63,705 nt of DNA, filler included, from Polymyxa betae A26-41 (GCA_003693705.1; 8 parts of 8 records of this genome joined end to end with filler, not necessarily neighbours in it), one strand, 5' to 3'; positions 1-18,818 are shown, numbered from the whole stretch's first letter. Notes: generated by a model from the letters alone, not told the origin. Numbers and translations: made by a program.

Positions 1-764
1 TTTGCTCAGGATTTCGACGAATCGAAATCGACATTCTCAAAGTCTGATTAATATACTGTTTAATAACTGTTCGACTGATGTAAACTTTGATGGTTGCCGT
101 CGTACGTCAGGGACTTTGTTTTTTGGCGATTTGAAAGAACAGCTGGAATTATTAGTTGTTCGACATTTAAATGATAAATTCACCAATGTCCCAACTGGCG
201 AGATGAAGTTTGGAGATACTGGTTAATTCGAGCAGTAAGCTGAGTGATTAACAGGCCATACCACCAACTGTTGATCATAAACAAGTCAAATCCTGTCGAA
301 ATCAGACGTTGGATATGGCTTTTTCGCTCACTGAATTTAGAGATTCTACAGTGAAGAAGGTGCAAATGAGCGTCCACATGTTTAGTTCTGGTTGAGGAAA
401 TCCTTTGATTTGGCTGACGAGCAGGTATGAGAATTGTTTATACATCTGGACATAATACACCTAGTGAACATGTCGGCGACTCGATCTTCGATTTCGCATT
501 ACGAAACTGAGCCCTCGAAAACAAAACAGAATTCGCATGTACAGTTTTGGTGGTTTACCCCGGGCCAATCCCAAAACCCAAGAAAGGGTTGGGCATACAT
601 CTTGACGAAGTTGGCTACATCAGCACCCTTACTTCAGCAGTTGTCTGTATAGCTAGAACTTCAGTTGCTCTACCAAGACTCCAGACTTCATACAAGCGTG
701 CTGGATCTGCATTCAAAGAATAACTTGTAAACCCAGTCAGTTGTACAGATAATGTATTGACTTT

Positions 765-3700
765 TCAATCGATCTTAAGTCTGGATCTCCTCAATGCGAT
801 TTTGTTAATGATATATTCGAAGATGATACTGCCAAAAAAATCAGCTATCATTAGAAGGGCCAGATCAGTCTGCAGGGATCCATTCGGAAACGGGTGAAGT
901 TCAAGCATCTCGTTCAGCGATGGCATAATTTCAAGGCACAAACAGAGAATCGCCACGAACGACCCAGCAATGCAGCGCCACAGAGCCTACATGTCAAATC
1001 AAATAGAATCGCTGATTCTAAAACAGATAGCACCTTGTTTTCTGTTATGGATTGCATAAACGGTCGTCCTTTATAATTGGCAGCGAAAGTTGCTAACGTC
1101 ATCGATGAAGAAATTAGATAAACGACAGTATTCAGTACATTGGGAGAAAAATCTCCATCGATATCTTTGTTCCTGAAACATAAGATAGTTAAAAAGGAAG
1201 GATCAATGCATGTCAGACCACATACTTAGGGCGAAATGGTTCTGTCCATTGAACAGAAACAATTAAAGACCACAAGTGAATCACAAATTGGCCGAAAATT
1301 GAGACCAGCATTTCGACTGCAAATACAGATGACTATGAAAATTCAATGAAACGGACTCAACCAATAGAGGATTATAACCTGTGGACGTTCAGGAGACAGC
1401 GCCCGCAAAGGTTGTGCTCGAGAGATAAAGAGGAACATCATGGCAACTAAGATTCCAGTGAAGGTCATTTGAGTATCACCAAGTTTAACTCCATCCAGAT
1501 AGAGCACAGATAGAGAATAGGCAGATATTAGACACTGTAATGCCAGGATCTGATACATTTGCATTGTGGTAACCAATGTACAACGTCCTTGACGAATAAT
1601 ATCCAAGCAGCAATCCACTTCAGAACGCTTTGCAGTGAATGGAGCTGCAACCGAGGCATCGCCCAATGACACCACTTGAGGTCCATCGTCCAAAGAGTCT
1701 AGAAGTTCATTTCGACGCGATGTTTCAGCGCGACTTGACGACGCAGCTGTCTTCGACTTCTTTTTCTGATCAGTCTGCTGATCGTTGTTACCAGTTAACA
1801 AAGCGACCCCAACATGAGAATGCTTCAGAGCACCAACATCATTGGTTCCATCACCACACATCATCGTTACACGTCCTTGTTCTTTCAGAATGTTGATAAT
1901 CATCTAAATAGAAATTTTTTAAATAATGAGCAAACAAGTACGAAACAGTACTAACCTGTTTCTGTTCCGGATTTACACGAGCGAATACGTTGGCTTGCAA
2001 GATGACGGCAGTACGGTCAGCATGGCTTTTAATAGCATGTAATGCAGGTCCGGTAATACAAAGATTGGAGTTCTTTGGGAAATGATCGGGCTTGTAAGGA
2101 ACATTAGGAAGAGTATCAGAAACAGGTACCCAGGTGAGTTGCTTGGATTTTTCATCTGCAAAGCGCAGCAATAAGAGTGAGTAACATGATTGACAGCAAT
2201 ATACTTATGGTTAGATTAGACAGTATATAAGTGGGAAGAGATGCAGAGACAATGTTAAGGCGAGAGGACACATTACATGCTGTTAGAGCATGGTCACCCT
2301 GAAACATTGTATCAGAATTAAGCTGAGTGACAAAAACCCTGCAGCAGTACTGTTATCATCACTACAAAGTGACTACTAGATTGCAAAGAGCGGATTGTAT
2401 CAGGAGAGCAGGTCTTAATTGGACTATCGAGAATCATGAACCCCGCGAAGACCTGAAACGAAGTTGAGTTGCAAGAAACAAAACAGCATTGTTAGAAGAC
2501 CAGATTGTTTTCGACTTCATGACGGTCAATTTTCAATGCAGCGCTTTCATTAATAGCGGAACTTTGAAGCAGTTTATAACCCATTGCAAGTACACGGCGA
2601 CCTTCGCGAGAGTAATGTCGGTGTGTAGCTTCATAATAAGCAGGGATGTTGCCCAATAATTTCACGATTGCTTCAGGGGCACCTTTGCAAACAGCTATGT
2701 GGAAAAATCAGAAGATGCCTAAAAGAGCCAATGGAATCCATTACCATATGTTTCCTTATTATTAACGATAACAACACAGGCCATACGGCGAAGAGCTGAG
2801 TCCATTAGTATCAATCTCAGCATATGGATGATAAACTTACCGGAATCGAAGAGGAATCTTCTCATAATACGAATCGATTCATGCGATTTGGAATTTCTTA
2901 GAGTACTGATACCAGTTCCACTAGCTGAAACAGATTGCCAATGGCATGCTTGAACAGCAGCAGTCTCTAACGGATCCCCAATAATCTTGTCATCCAAATG
3001 GACTAAACTGTGGCATGACCCAATAATGTAAGATGCAGCAGATCGTGGATCAAACTCATCCTCCACAGGCATGAACTCCTTCTTAGAAGCCTGTTCTGCT
3101 TTCTTTTCGATCTCGCCCTCTTTCTTTCTCTTTGTTTCAGCAGCGACACCAAGAAATTCGAACTTATCTTCTGTCAGCGTGCCAGTTTTGTCGAAACAAA
3201 CCGTATTGACAGCTCCGGCAAACGGAATTCGGAATGGCTCGGTACAGAAAATTCCTAAAGAAAGCTCTGTCAGCGAATGCACAAACAGAAAGTTAGAGTA
3301 TGACGTTTTCGCATTAGAGCCGCCAGAGATACATTGACAGCAAGCGATAGCTCCATTGGTAATTCAGGAGGTACAACACTGGTAATAATCATGATACAAT
3401 TGAGAAGTAATTTAGATCGAGATCTGGCTGGATCATTCCATGATTGTGTAAGAACATAGACAGCTGCAGTTACAGCAAATACCAATAGCAACAGAATGAA
3501 CAGAAATGCTTCAGCATTATTTACCGTCACTCGTTCTGTTGATGAAATCATCGTTGAAATCAGCCGGCCTGAAATGACATGAGAAATGCATTCGGAATAA
3601 GATTGATTGACAGGGAACCTTGCGAGGTGTGGAATCCAGTTCGTAGAACATAACCGATAGCACCACCATCAGGTGGACGACGTCCTTCAGTTGGACACGA

Positions 3701-5151
3701 ATGTACGATAATCTGTGTACCACCAAACAGAACATGTGCCTTATCAGCACCGTTGATATCTAATGGCTCTGATAGCATTCCGGAATTGGACAACGGCTCC
3801 TTCAACTAAGCCACTAAATAAGAAGATAACAACCGAAATGCAAGGATGGATCTTACCTGAGGAACAGATTCACCTGTAAGTAACGATTCGTCAACAACAC
3901 ACGAACCTTTAATAAGCACGGCATCACATGGGACGTGATGACCTGATCCAGATGCTGCATAATTGCATTAGATGGGAAAAAGAAAGTCAACCGGGTCCAT
4001 TACGATATCTTTTCAGAGAAAGGATATCTCCAGGAATAAGATCCCGAGTTGAAACAGTACGCCAACGTCCAGAACGGTAAACAGAGACATCATATGGAGC
4101 TGCTCTCATACTACGAACTTGTTCTAGCGATACTAATAGAGCCCATATCAGTGCATAAACGCCCAATGAATGTCAAACAACGAACCCAATCTCCGTTTTA
4201 CAACAGACACCTCGAACAGAACCAGCATACAAAGTGTCATCAATGAATAATACCAATATCTAGACAGAGGATTCAGGGCCGAATAATAATCAAACCTTTA
4301 AGCAGTACTCATCGAGCAACCAAAGTCCGACACAGAACATCTGAAATACGAAGAATGGAGCTGTCGCATGCTCGGCAAATAGCGACTGAAACGATGGCAA
4401 AGGAACATCAAATGCATTCAACCCATATTTCACACGCTGTAAGCTTGTAAATATGGCAATAATTAACAATTATACTACATCAATTACCTGCATAAACATA
4501 CTATCATCTTCATGTCCCAGACCTTGACATTGTAGGTAATATTGACGTGGATGAGAAGTCGGAAAATCTAATTCCACAAAAGAATTTCTATCGGAGGACC
4601 AGAGGAATTTCCGATGCTGGTAGGTGAACCCACGCGATCCATTTGATCCCTATAGCGTCGATAATTGATCAGATTTGTTGGATAAAATTGCTACATACTT
4701 GAAGAGGTACAAGTTCTCCATCAGAGGTTGGTGTAGCTTGTAGGAATATATGAGTTGCAGAATTGGAGTTACGAGCTGCTTTATATCGAACTAACGAAAG
4801 AATACGAGTCGACCATGTGCATAACAGAATCACGAATAATTGTGATGCAATTGCAGATATCCATAGGAATGTGTAGATTGTGGAAAATGTCGACCATGAA
4901 TCGATTGATGTTAAAACAGACCCTGGGGCAGATTCAGTTGAATTCGTAGAAGATGTGACAACAGGAACAGGTTCAGATGGAGTAACTTGTGAGAACAGAT
5001 GAGGACCCCACTGTTGAGGCAGGTTGGAATAGGGCAGAAATGCCAGTAGAGAGTAGATTATGATAAATGGAGCGATATCTAATCTTGTTGGAGATGTAAT
5101 ATCAACATGTCTATATAGACGTGATGAATATATGCCAGGTACTAGAGACAT
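765..5151 (-). CDS. ATP13A1: P5A-type ATPase (ATP13A1/Spf1-like), multi-exon
   Basis: Exonic ORFs carry PPELPMEL (P5A signature, ORF 3270-3551), phosphorylation motif DKTGTLT (ORF 2719-3282), [10 protein letters not shown] and [13 protein letters not shown] (ORF 1343-1903); many short GT-AG introns. Confidence 0.95.
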
Positions 5152-5259
5152 TTGATTATGAGCTTCAACTGTTAAACAATCAGGTCAGGCTACCTGTCTA
5201 TAAAACTATCACGCACATTTAATTACGTCACCTTCCATACAACTTGGTAATTCATCTAT

Positions 5260-6324
5260 CCCTGATGCGCAGTCCGTAGAGGGAATAATATTCCCTCCAG
5301 CACTTTGAGGAGCTGTTGAACTTTTTCATCAGAGATCTTATCCCATCTGACTACAGATTCGTAAACTAGGTGAAAACCCCAATCGATTGATATAAAAAAA
5401 TACGGGAATCTTCAAGGAAAAGTAAAAAACCTTCAATCCAAAAAACTAGGGTTTCAAAGCCACGGGCTCTATAGTAATTGCGTTAGAGGGAATATTATTC
5501 CCTCTTAATTCAAAGTGATTATTGGAATCGTCGACGTCGACTCGCCCGGGATTCTTGGCTATAATCGGGCCGGTTCTGCTGTAGGAGATCTCCTTCGTCG
5601 GCGGTGGTCCGTTTCCCGGGGCGTACTTGACCGACCTCTGCAACCAATCTTGCCCATGGTGTTAGGGAAAAGGCGATTTATAAAAATTTATCGATGCGTT
5701 AAAGTTATATGAACAAGTACTATATTTTTTCAATTTTACCGGACGGCAATCCCTCTTAAATAGCAGCGAACAAATGATCAGCAATAGCCGATAAAAAATA
5801 CATAGTTGACAACGTCACCAAATGTTACATCATCATTAAATTCCCTATTGAAAACTTGTTGTACATTACGACGAACTGTCTGGATTTCTGGAATAGCTTT
5901 TCAAGCAGCATTCGGTCCAACGCGAGTGTTGCGATAGAAAGATCATTCATCTGCATACGCTTAAGTAATTCCATTGCTGGCATTCCATTTCTTCGTCGTC
6001 ATTAGTCTCCTCCAATGAAAAATAATCGCAGTCGTTCAAAGCACTAAGCAAGAGACGTAATTGCAGCTAAATAGATGGCTCAGAACGCAGCCTATGAGAA
6101 TGACCTTCGGGTCAGGAATTTCACGGGAATATTTTTGCGGGTTAGGGTTTGGGTCAATTAAAAAATCAGTGCAAATTTTCAAGGACGACCGTTGCTCCGA
6201 TTTTTATTGGCAAAGTTGGTTCATTTTCGAAGGCTAAGAGGGAATATTATTCCCTCTTAGCGTTTTTGAAGCAAAAGCTGCGAACTCCGTAGAGGGAATA
6301 TTATTCCCTCTTATTGCATCAGTG
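5260..6324. mobile_element. Non-autonomous DNA transposon (CMC/Chapaev-like termini) with four 21-bp palindromes
   Basis: Termini CCCTGATGC (5260) and GCATCAGTG (6324), flanked by identical 4-bp CTAT (5256-5259, 6325-6328); AGAGGGAATA-W-TATTCCCTC(T) at 5278, 5485, 6237 and 6291; no intact ORF. Superfamily call is inference from CAC/GTG-like ends and the 4-bp TSD. Confidence 0.7.
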
Positions 6325-6651
6325 CTATTCAGCTTGTCATCACATTTCTTTATTTTTTTACAAATCTTTGATATTGGTTAGTCAATGGACTGTTGCCTGA
6401 GTAATCAATTTCAGATACTGTTGCGAGTTCAAGTCAAAGCAACCAAGTCGAGGTACTATTACTCGACGAAACGTTTAGCAGGGCTACTAGTAATTTTAAG
6501 GTTATGGCAGGACCCAACGAAATGACATCTAAATGGATATAGACTCAGTCTGACTGCAAAAGTCTGTGAAACAAATGACTATGTTTTAGATGAAATGAGG
6601 GCCGTTAAAGTAGCACACAATGATATTTATGAATAGAGAAATGAGAAGATA

Positions 6652-7765
6652 TCATTGATGAGAAGGAGCATCCGTCATAAGATTATCAAACCCAGCTAGT
6701 CTATCTGTAGCACTTATTGATGATACTGTAGTAGTTGTACTCGTTGCTGTTTTTGGAATCGTATTCACTTCAATCTTGAGTTTGCCTCCTGCGGTTGCTT
6801 TTGTCTCTTTGGTCGCAGACGAGACCGTATTGTTCGATCCGCTGGTTTTCGTTCCAGTTTTAGTCGCTGATGTTCGCTCTCGCTCTCTGATTTTTAAATA
6901 AACCATCAGCGATAGCAGCAAAGATAACGACTATGTAAACAATTAGCATGATGGGTTTGTTGAGTCGAAAATTTTAGGACCTTGTTGAAGAACTGGAATG
7001 CTTCACGAAATAAAAGGCTATCTCCAGATGTATCAGTAAATACCAATAAGAAGATAGATGATATAAAATCCCAAGTATATGTGAATAATACCATCCATAA
7101 TATTGTCATCTTCTGTCGAACATCTTTACCCGATTCACGCCAGTATTTCCAAACTGTCTGAAATCCCAGAACTAACATATAGATCTGAATAGCGAATATC
7201 GGGACAGCGACTACAAATGATGGTAATCTACATGGACATAAATTCAGAGGAAAGCAACATGTAGAGGATTATAATACCCAGGTACAGAGCGACAACCCAA
7301 TTTCAATGGGACTATACGTATAAACTGACATAGATACATGAAGTTGTGATAAAGGTTAAGGAAATTGACAGCGAGAGCTAGATGATAGAGACGATTATAG
7401 AATTTCTTATTGCTTTGGTAAAATAGGGCTGTTCGGAAATGGAACAGATTGAACTCACAGCTCTTTAAAAACATTTCAGTGGGACAATAAATCGACAATA
7501 CAAATGTCCTTACAAAGTAAACGGTCTCAATCAGGTAAAATGCACAGGTATGATTAAAGAAGAAGGTAACAATACGAAAAAGGACGGCAGCAAATGTAGC
7601 CAGAACGTTGAAAGTGGAGAGATTGCGACTGAATCGATCACCAACATGAGAATAACATTGCACTACATATAACGCAATGAGTAATAATGGAACAACAACA
7701 GTTACATCAGCCAGCCAATAGAACCAATCATCAGCAACATCAAAGCCATTCTCATCCAACGCCAT
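6652..7765 (-). CDS. Multi-pass membrane protein, possibly 7TM/GPCR-like, multi-exon
   Basis: Successive hydrophobic segments in ORFs 7244-7765 and 6906-7178, Ser/Thr/Lys-rich tail in ORF 6652-6921, linked by short GT-AG introns; no family motif recognised. Confidence 0.6.
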
Positions 7766-8038
7766 CTTAATGATTGTCTCAACAAGAAACTAATCGGTAC
7801 GATATTGACCAGGTCACGTGAGCTAGATTGGGGCGAACATCATGAAATCAGTTGCAGATCGTATATCTATCATGCCCTCAGACCAATAAGGTGGTTGTTA
7901 GTGGCTTTGATGAAGGGAATCATCCTAATAAATGCAATGTACTATGTGCCCGGCCTTGTACATTCAAATTCGCAGCAACATTCTCAAAAATACAGGGTCT
8001 ACCAACTCCATTTACATCAAAAAGAACTGCCAAGAGCA

Positions 8039-10302
<2,264 letters not shown>

Positions 10303-10587
10303 GACAGATGTCTGTCCCAAATGAAACTGTAACGTTCAGGACAGTAATGGACTGATGGTAATATGTAACGTAGGTGGACACATGTCACATGACAATAGTA
10401 CAAAATACCAGAGGTAGGCTGGTCCTGTTAACCTGCTATCATTTCTATATCCAATCCAATCACTTCGCTAATGCGTTTGGTCCGACAACTTTCTACTCTT
10501 TTAGAAGTTCAATAGGGTACAATTGGATCAGATCCTTAGGTTTAGGTGAAATAAATATGACGGTTTCAGGTGTATTTGAATTTCGAG

Positions 10588-13777
<3,190 letters not shown>

Positions 13778-14384
13778 CGTGGCGTGGTGTACACGTCAAG
13801 CGGGAGTCTCAGATGTCGGCTGCAGAGCTGAAATCAATAATGACTATTGGAGAGGGAAATAATTGGGCGCAGTATTTCCTATATTTGCGAGGGCCTCCGA
13901 TTTTTGAAATAAAACATTGAGCGTTGTCGACGAGGAATTATGATAGATGTAAGCATTTCCATTCAGTTCTGTTGGAAGTTTTCTGTTCAAAATGGATTGA
14001 ATCGGATTGAGCGTTATTATGTGTATGCATTTCAGTATTGTTCTATAGTTTCAACAAGATTGCACAGTACAAGGAACGAAGCTGCAACTTGCAACTTCAT
14101 TGTGTTCATTTACTTAAAAAAACTGCTAATCGTAATGCTCATGCTGAGTCATGCACCACAAACTAGTTTATATCAAAACACAGAAAGAAAATGCACTTTT
14201 AATCAAAGCAGTCAAACAGCATGTTAACTGCGGTGCACTGCTGGCTTGAAGTAAAATCAGTCAATCATACCCAGTACGCCAGTTGATTCCGATAGGAATG
14301 CATATGTATTCTGAAAAGTCCTGAGGTTGTTTACACACTTGGAAAGATATGCTTCGATAGTAAGCCTGTCTCAAACAATCAAAA

Positions 14385-14629
14385 CTACCTGTCAGGAGGC
14401 TTCAAGTTCTTCATCGCTCGTTCAATACATTCCTGATACTGTTTGATAACGGAACGGCAAATGGATTCATTATACTAAAGTTTATTCATGTTAACAACGA
14501 GGAGAATCAGATTAGAGCGATCCCAACCTGATATTTCTGCAAGCAGCTCTGAATGGCACAAGCGAACGGTTTACAACGCTGTTCAGCCAGTGACAGTGCA
14601 TCGTCCTGGATAGGTGAATTAGCTCTCAT
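14385..14629 (-). CDS. CMC4: Cx9C mitochondrial protein CMC4/p8-MTCP1-like, 63 aa, 2 exons (14528-14629, 14385-14474); absent from ORF track
   Basis: Spliced product MRANSPIQDDALSLAEQRCKPFACAIQSCLQKYQ/YNESICRSVIKQYQECIERAMKNLKPPDR*; 53-nt GT-AG phase-0 intron; C..AC.IQ.CL...Y.ES.C..VI motif. Confidence 0.85.
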
Positions 14630-15054
14630 GTTTGATGTTAGCTAGACCAGGTAAGGTAATTGGCACTTTCCGCGCTTCTCTCAGTTTCTTCGTACACACA
14701 GTTCATGGCAGGATCGCAGCCCCCTGCCATCAGTCATTCTCAGTCAGTTCCCTTTCAACATTGATATAAACTAATGCTTGGACAATTTGAAGAGAGCATA
14801 TCCAAACGATCGGTTTTCACAGTGTTTGGAGCGTTACTCATTCGTTTGAAATCGGGAAATTAGTTTCCATATTTGCCGACACCGGATTTAGAGCATCCGT
14901 ATAACCGCGGTCGAATTTGAAATGGGAGTAAAGAAATGAAAAATTCCATTGTTTATCAACGAGTACTCGATATTAGCACTGTAATGGAAACATATAAGAC
15001 ACACCTATTTTATTAAGATGAGTTTGCAACACTTGGAACAACATATGCTTATAC

Positions 15055-16177
15055 TCAACGAAGGACAAGTTCGTTAACACATATCTGGTTGTCCGCAACC
15101 CATTTGATAAGTCGTGCTATCTGCTCTGGGGACAAGATATCCATCATCTTGCCAAGAATGGTATGACCTTGAGTGCAGAATAATTGGAATGTTTGTGACA
15201 TCGCCTCAAAGAGTTCATAAATCTATTCGACGTTTTCAAAACCAAGGTTGATGGCAGCAAAATCCAGATACCTGTAGACAGCTTTGGCGTAGATTTTGAG
15301 CAGACTTGCCTAGCTCCTTTAATTCTTTCAGCTTATCTTCGTTTATACCCAGATGCTTGCAAAACAGGCTATTCCACATACCAGTGGGATCTTGAAAGAA
15401 AGACTCATCTTCCCGAGAAAGAATCCAGAAAAGGAACTGTTCAGGTCCTTTATGTGGGCTCTTGAACTCGGCATCCAGGCAAGCTCGTATTTGAGCCATG
15501 GAAGAGTGGCCTCGCTGGTTCAGATATTCCTCCAAGGTAAAAATAGCTGAATGCAATTCAGTTTTATCTTCAGCACCGCTGGCGCTGACAATGCGCGTTG
15601 CGATGTCATGGAGTTGCTGTCGAAGAACGGTTTCATGAGAGAATCCTTCAGCTTTAACGGATGCGTCGGAGTTTTGGCTTTTCAAAGCAATATCACGTTC
15701 ACGCTGCCGTAATTTCTTTACTTCTTCTCGCAGCTCCTGGCATTCAGTTTCAAGTTCTTGAAGCCTGCAGTTTTTACGTTTGCGATTCTCTCTAAAACCA
15801 GGTTTCACATTCTCCCAATAGAAGAAGTGCAACGCATTGTATACCTTGCTAGCTTAGCTTTGCGATTGAGACGTTGAACTTTAACAGAATGATCCTGCAA
15901 AAGACTTTCTAGCGGAATCGATGGCTTAACGGATACTGCAGGGACTGCGTTGGTATTAATACCAATAATTACATCACACGGTTTAGGGGAAACAACCGGT
16001 GATACCAGTGTAGAATCTGAAGAATTCCACGACTGGGGTTCTGGAGTCAGCATTAACAAATCATCGCACGGTAACGATTGATGTAATACTGGCTCCTCGA
16101 ACATCCTGCACGCAAACATAAGCATAGGAGAACATCGCAGGGGCTCGAGTTGAGGCTCACTCATAAAACGATGTCAT
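15055..16177 (-). CDS. bZIP transcription factor, multi-exon
   Basis: Basic region RLNRKAKLAR/ENRKRK followed by leucine zipper LQELETECQELREEVKKL; C-terminal exon ends ILSPEQIARLIKWV..ELVLR*; likely start MTSFYE/MFEEP via a short intron. Confidence 0.85.
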
Positions 16178-17482
16178 TGTCGGAGCTAGATGACTGAGGT
16201 TCAGAAGAAGGAATAACGATCTGGATTAGGCTGCTTGTCGGCCGTGTATACGACTGTAGTTTAATAGGTTTCTGAACAACTGGAATCACAGACAGAAGTG
16301 GAGGAAGACGAGGAGGAGAGAAGTAGCAGAGGCTCAATTTGTGAGCGTTAACGCCGTTAGTATTGATTAATTGGACCTCGTCTAATATAAAGGATTCCCC
16401 CTGTTTGCACTCGTAGATTCCAGATGACCAGATAATAACTTCGAATAAGCAAAGACAAGAGAGCGTCCACTGGATGCCATTTGAAAATGAACGTATTAAA
16501 ATGAACCAGCTTTACCGAGATATTAATACTTTCAGGTTGTGATTTTAGCATCAAGCATTCGAGTATAGTATCTGTTAATGAACTCGGGCGCGACACCAAA
16601 GGTGCCCGTCGTCGGTTAACTCAGAACGAGCTAAACCGAGCAAGATTGGAAGAGAGCGGTATAGAGCGGGACTGTTAGAGGTCGTGTGAGCAGAGACGCT
16701 GGTGGGAAGATATATAGATAACCAGAAGCAGACTGCAGACGAGATATGAATGGATGAGGGGGACGACGTTAGATGTAAGAAGCACCGTGGACTGTGAGGT
16801 GTACTTACGCATTTCTCGTAACCCGGTTACGTTGTCATCATTCAAGTCAAGAGTACAAGTCGGTTGGCTGCGCCCTTTAGTGTAGAGACAGTGGAGTCCT
16901 TTATTGATCCAGTCTAAATAATCCCAGTAGGTAATCATCTACAGTATTACATTTATCTGTTGCTCACTTACTGCCTCTATGAGCTAAATCCAACAAATTA
17001 TCAGATTACCTTACTGGATGTAGCAACAAATACGACACGCGTCCATTCTTTCGCCTAATGAATACTAGCCCTATAAACAGTATAGCAGATGCTCTTATCC
17101 ATTCTGAGGCAGTCCCAATCCTGTCTCGGCTCCGCGCGCGTTTGCGACCAGGAATGAAATTCATAGTAACAGCACAGGTCGGATTTGCAAACAGTTCGAA
17201 TTTTCGTGATTAAAACGGGTGGCATTTAGGATTACATGAATGCATTCGCAACCGTGAAAATTGCTTCGAATGCTGAATCGATGAAGATAATTGATGAATT
17301 GATTATCAAGTATAGTAAAGAAATGAAATACGAGGCTTTACTGATTGCCAGAGAGCCACATCTTGATCGCGATCTCCCAGTAACTTCAACATTTATATTA
17401 CTTCAGAGGGCGAGATATAACTGGAACGATATCATGCAGCTTCAGCCTAGGTTAAATATAGTAGACACTTTGTAAATAAACT

Positions 17483-17687
17483 TCATTTGTTGTTGGTTGT
17501 GTTCCTTAGTCTCTCACGATCTTTAATCACAGCTTCATGCATGATCTGGCAAATAATAAGTACATGTTTTAGTAGTTATTGATGGGGATACCTGTTTTGC
17601 TCGAACCTGATCCCAATGGACAAACACAACGCCTGATACGACAGCAGTAGTGATGGAAGTCAAGAACACAATCGGAAACCTGTTCAT
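17483..17687 (-). CDS. PET117: Cytochrome c oxidase assembly factor PET117-like, 52 aa, 2 exons (17592-17687, 17483-17545)
   Basis: MNRFPIVFLTSITTAVVSGVVFVHWDQVRAKQ/IMHEAVIKDRERLRNTTNNK*; TM segment + VH..Q....MH..VI.D.ER motif; 46-nt GT-AG intron. Confidence 0.8.
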
Positions 17688-17807
17688 TGAAAATAATGGA
17701 TATAACGCCAGTCTGTGCGCCACCTTCAATCCCTTTAATTGCGCTAATTTCCCGTCTTTACATATAACCTGATTGTAGTCCTGGATTCTAACGACTGATC
17801 CTGCATC
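17688..17807. promoter_or_regulatory. Putative bidirectional promoter (120 bp) between divergent PET117 and DNAJC17
   Basis: Start codons at 17687 (-) and 17808 (+) are only 120 bp apart. Confidence 0.5.
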
Positions 17808-18689
17808 ATGGCAAACGCTTACGAGCTGTTGGGTCTTGATGTCGGAGCCAGCGACCAGCAAATTCGTACTGCTTATCGACAGACGGCCTTGAGATATCAC
17901 CCAGATAAATGCCAAGATGATCCTAAGGCTAATGAGCGTTTTGCCGAGTTAGTCGCCGCATTTGAACTGCTAAAAGACCCTGAACTTCGTAAAGAATTAG
18001 ATGCAAAGATAAAAACTCGTAATGAACGTCTGGAGCGTATAAAAAAGCAAACCGCTGATAAGCAAGCCATGATTGCTAAACTGGAGCAAAGGGAGCAAGA
18101 AGCTGAAGAGAGGCAAAGAGTAAGGCAACAGAAAGCTATGTCGGAATCTATTAAGCAGAAGGTTCAAGAAGAGTTAGCAAGATTTAGAGAAGAGCTCACC
18201 AAAGATGAAGCCAAAGTGGCAACTGAGCCACCGTCTGGTCCTTCCAATTTGTCGAATACCATTACTGTCAAAATCAGCCGTAGAAGGAAACCTGCTCCTG
18301 ATGAAAAAGACCTTTACGATCTGTTCTCTAGATATGGAACAGTATCCGATGTTGTTCAATCGAAGAAGCGACGAGCTTTGGTTTCGTTTGCTGATCAATC
18401 TGGTATGCTATCGGCCACAGAGGATTCTGAGAAAGATTTTCTGGATTCGATGGGTATCAGTGTTTCCATGTTTGACTCAGCTATGGTCAGTGTCGCATTT
18501 GAACCTACTCAAGATGATGGTGTAGCTGCCCATTCAGGCGTGTTTCCAACTGGACCTCCTGTATCGCCTCTTGGCATTCATTTCTTTCCAGATGACGATA
18601 TGCCTTTGGAAGAACTCGAAAACATTGTTTTAAGAAGGATACAAAACATGGCCGAAAAGCAGCAATTGAAGTGCCCGCAAGAAATATAA
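17808..18689 (+). CDS. DNAJC17: J-domain + coiled-coil + RRM protein (DNAJC17/Cwc23-like), intronless
   Basis: N-terminal J domain with HPD motif (YHPDK), coiled coil, RRM-like LFSRYGTVSDV..ALVSF. Confidence 0.85.
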   Translation: MANAYELLGLDVGASDQQIRTAYRQTALRYHPDKCQDDPKANERFAELVAAFELLKDPELRKELDAKIKTRNERLERIKKQTADKQAMIAKLEQREQEAEERQRVRQQKAMSESIKQKVQEELARFREELTKDEAKVATEPPSGPSNLSNTITVKISRRRKPAPDEKDLYDLFSRYGTVSDVVQSKKRRALVSFADQSGMLSATEDSEKDFLDSMGISVSMFDSAMVSVAFEPTQDDGVAAHSGVFPTGPPVSPLGIHFFPDDDMPLEELENIVLRRIQNMAEKQQLKCPQEI

Positions 18690-18818
18690 CTGTCTAAGAT
18701 TTGAACTTCGAGCAGGAACAGACTGCTGCTTTCTTAGTTCTCTATTTATGGATTTATTCAAGTTTTGCGGTTTCAATGTCAAGTTCATAATATGAATTTC
18801 CATAACAGTTAACTGTAA

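Noticed and set aside
2-725. Possible 3' part of a gene at the window start (intron-like signals on both strands)
   Set aside because: Could not build a consistent exon chain or recognise a domain; strand ambiguous
5800-6070. Transposase-like fragment on the minus strand (FYRNTRV..) inside the palindromic element
   Set aside because: Broken by stops; similarity too weak to assign a family
16545-16580. GTATAGTATCTGTT resembling the U2 snRNA branch-point-recognition region
   Set aside because: Only 13/14 nt match; flanking U2 stems and Sm site absent
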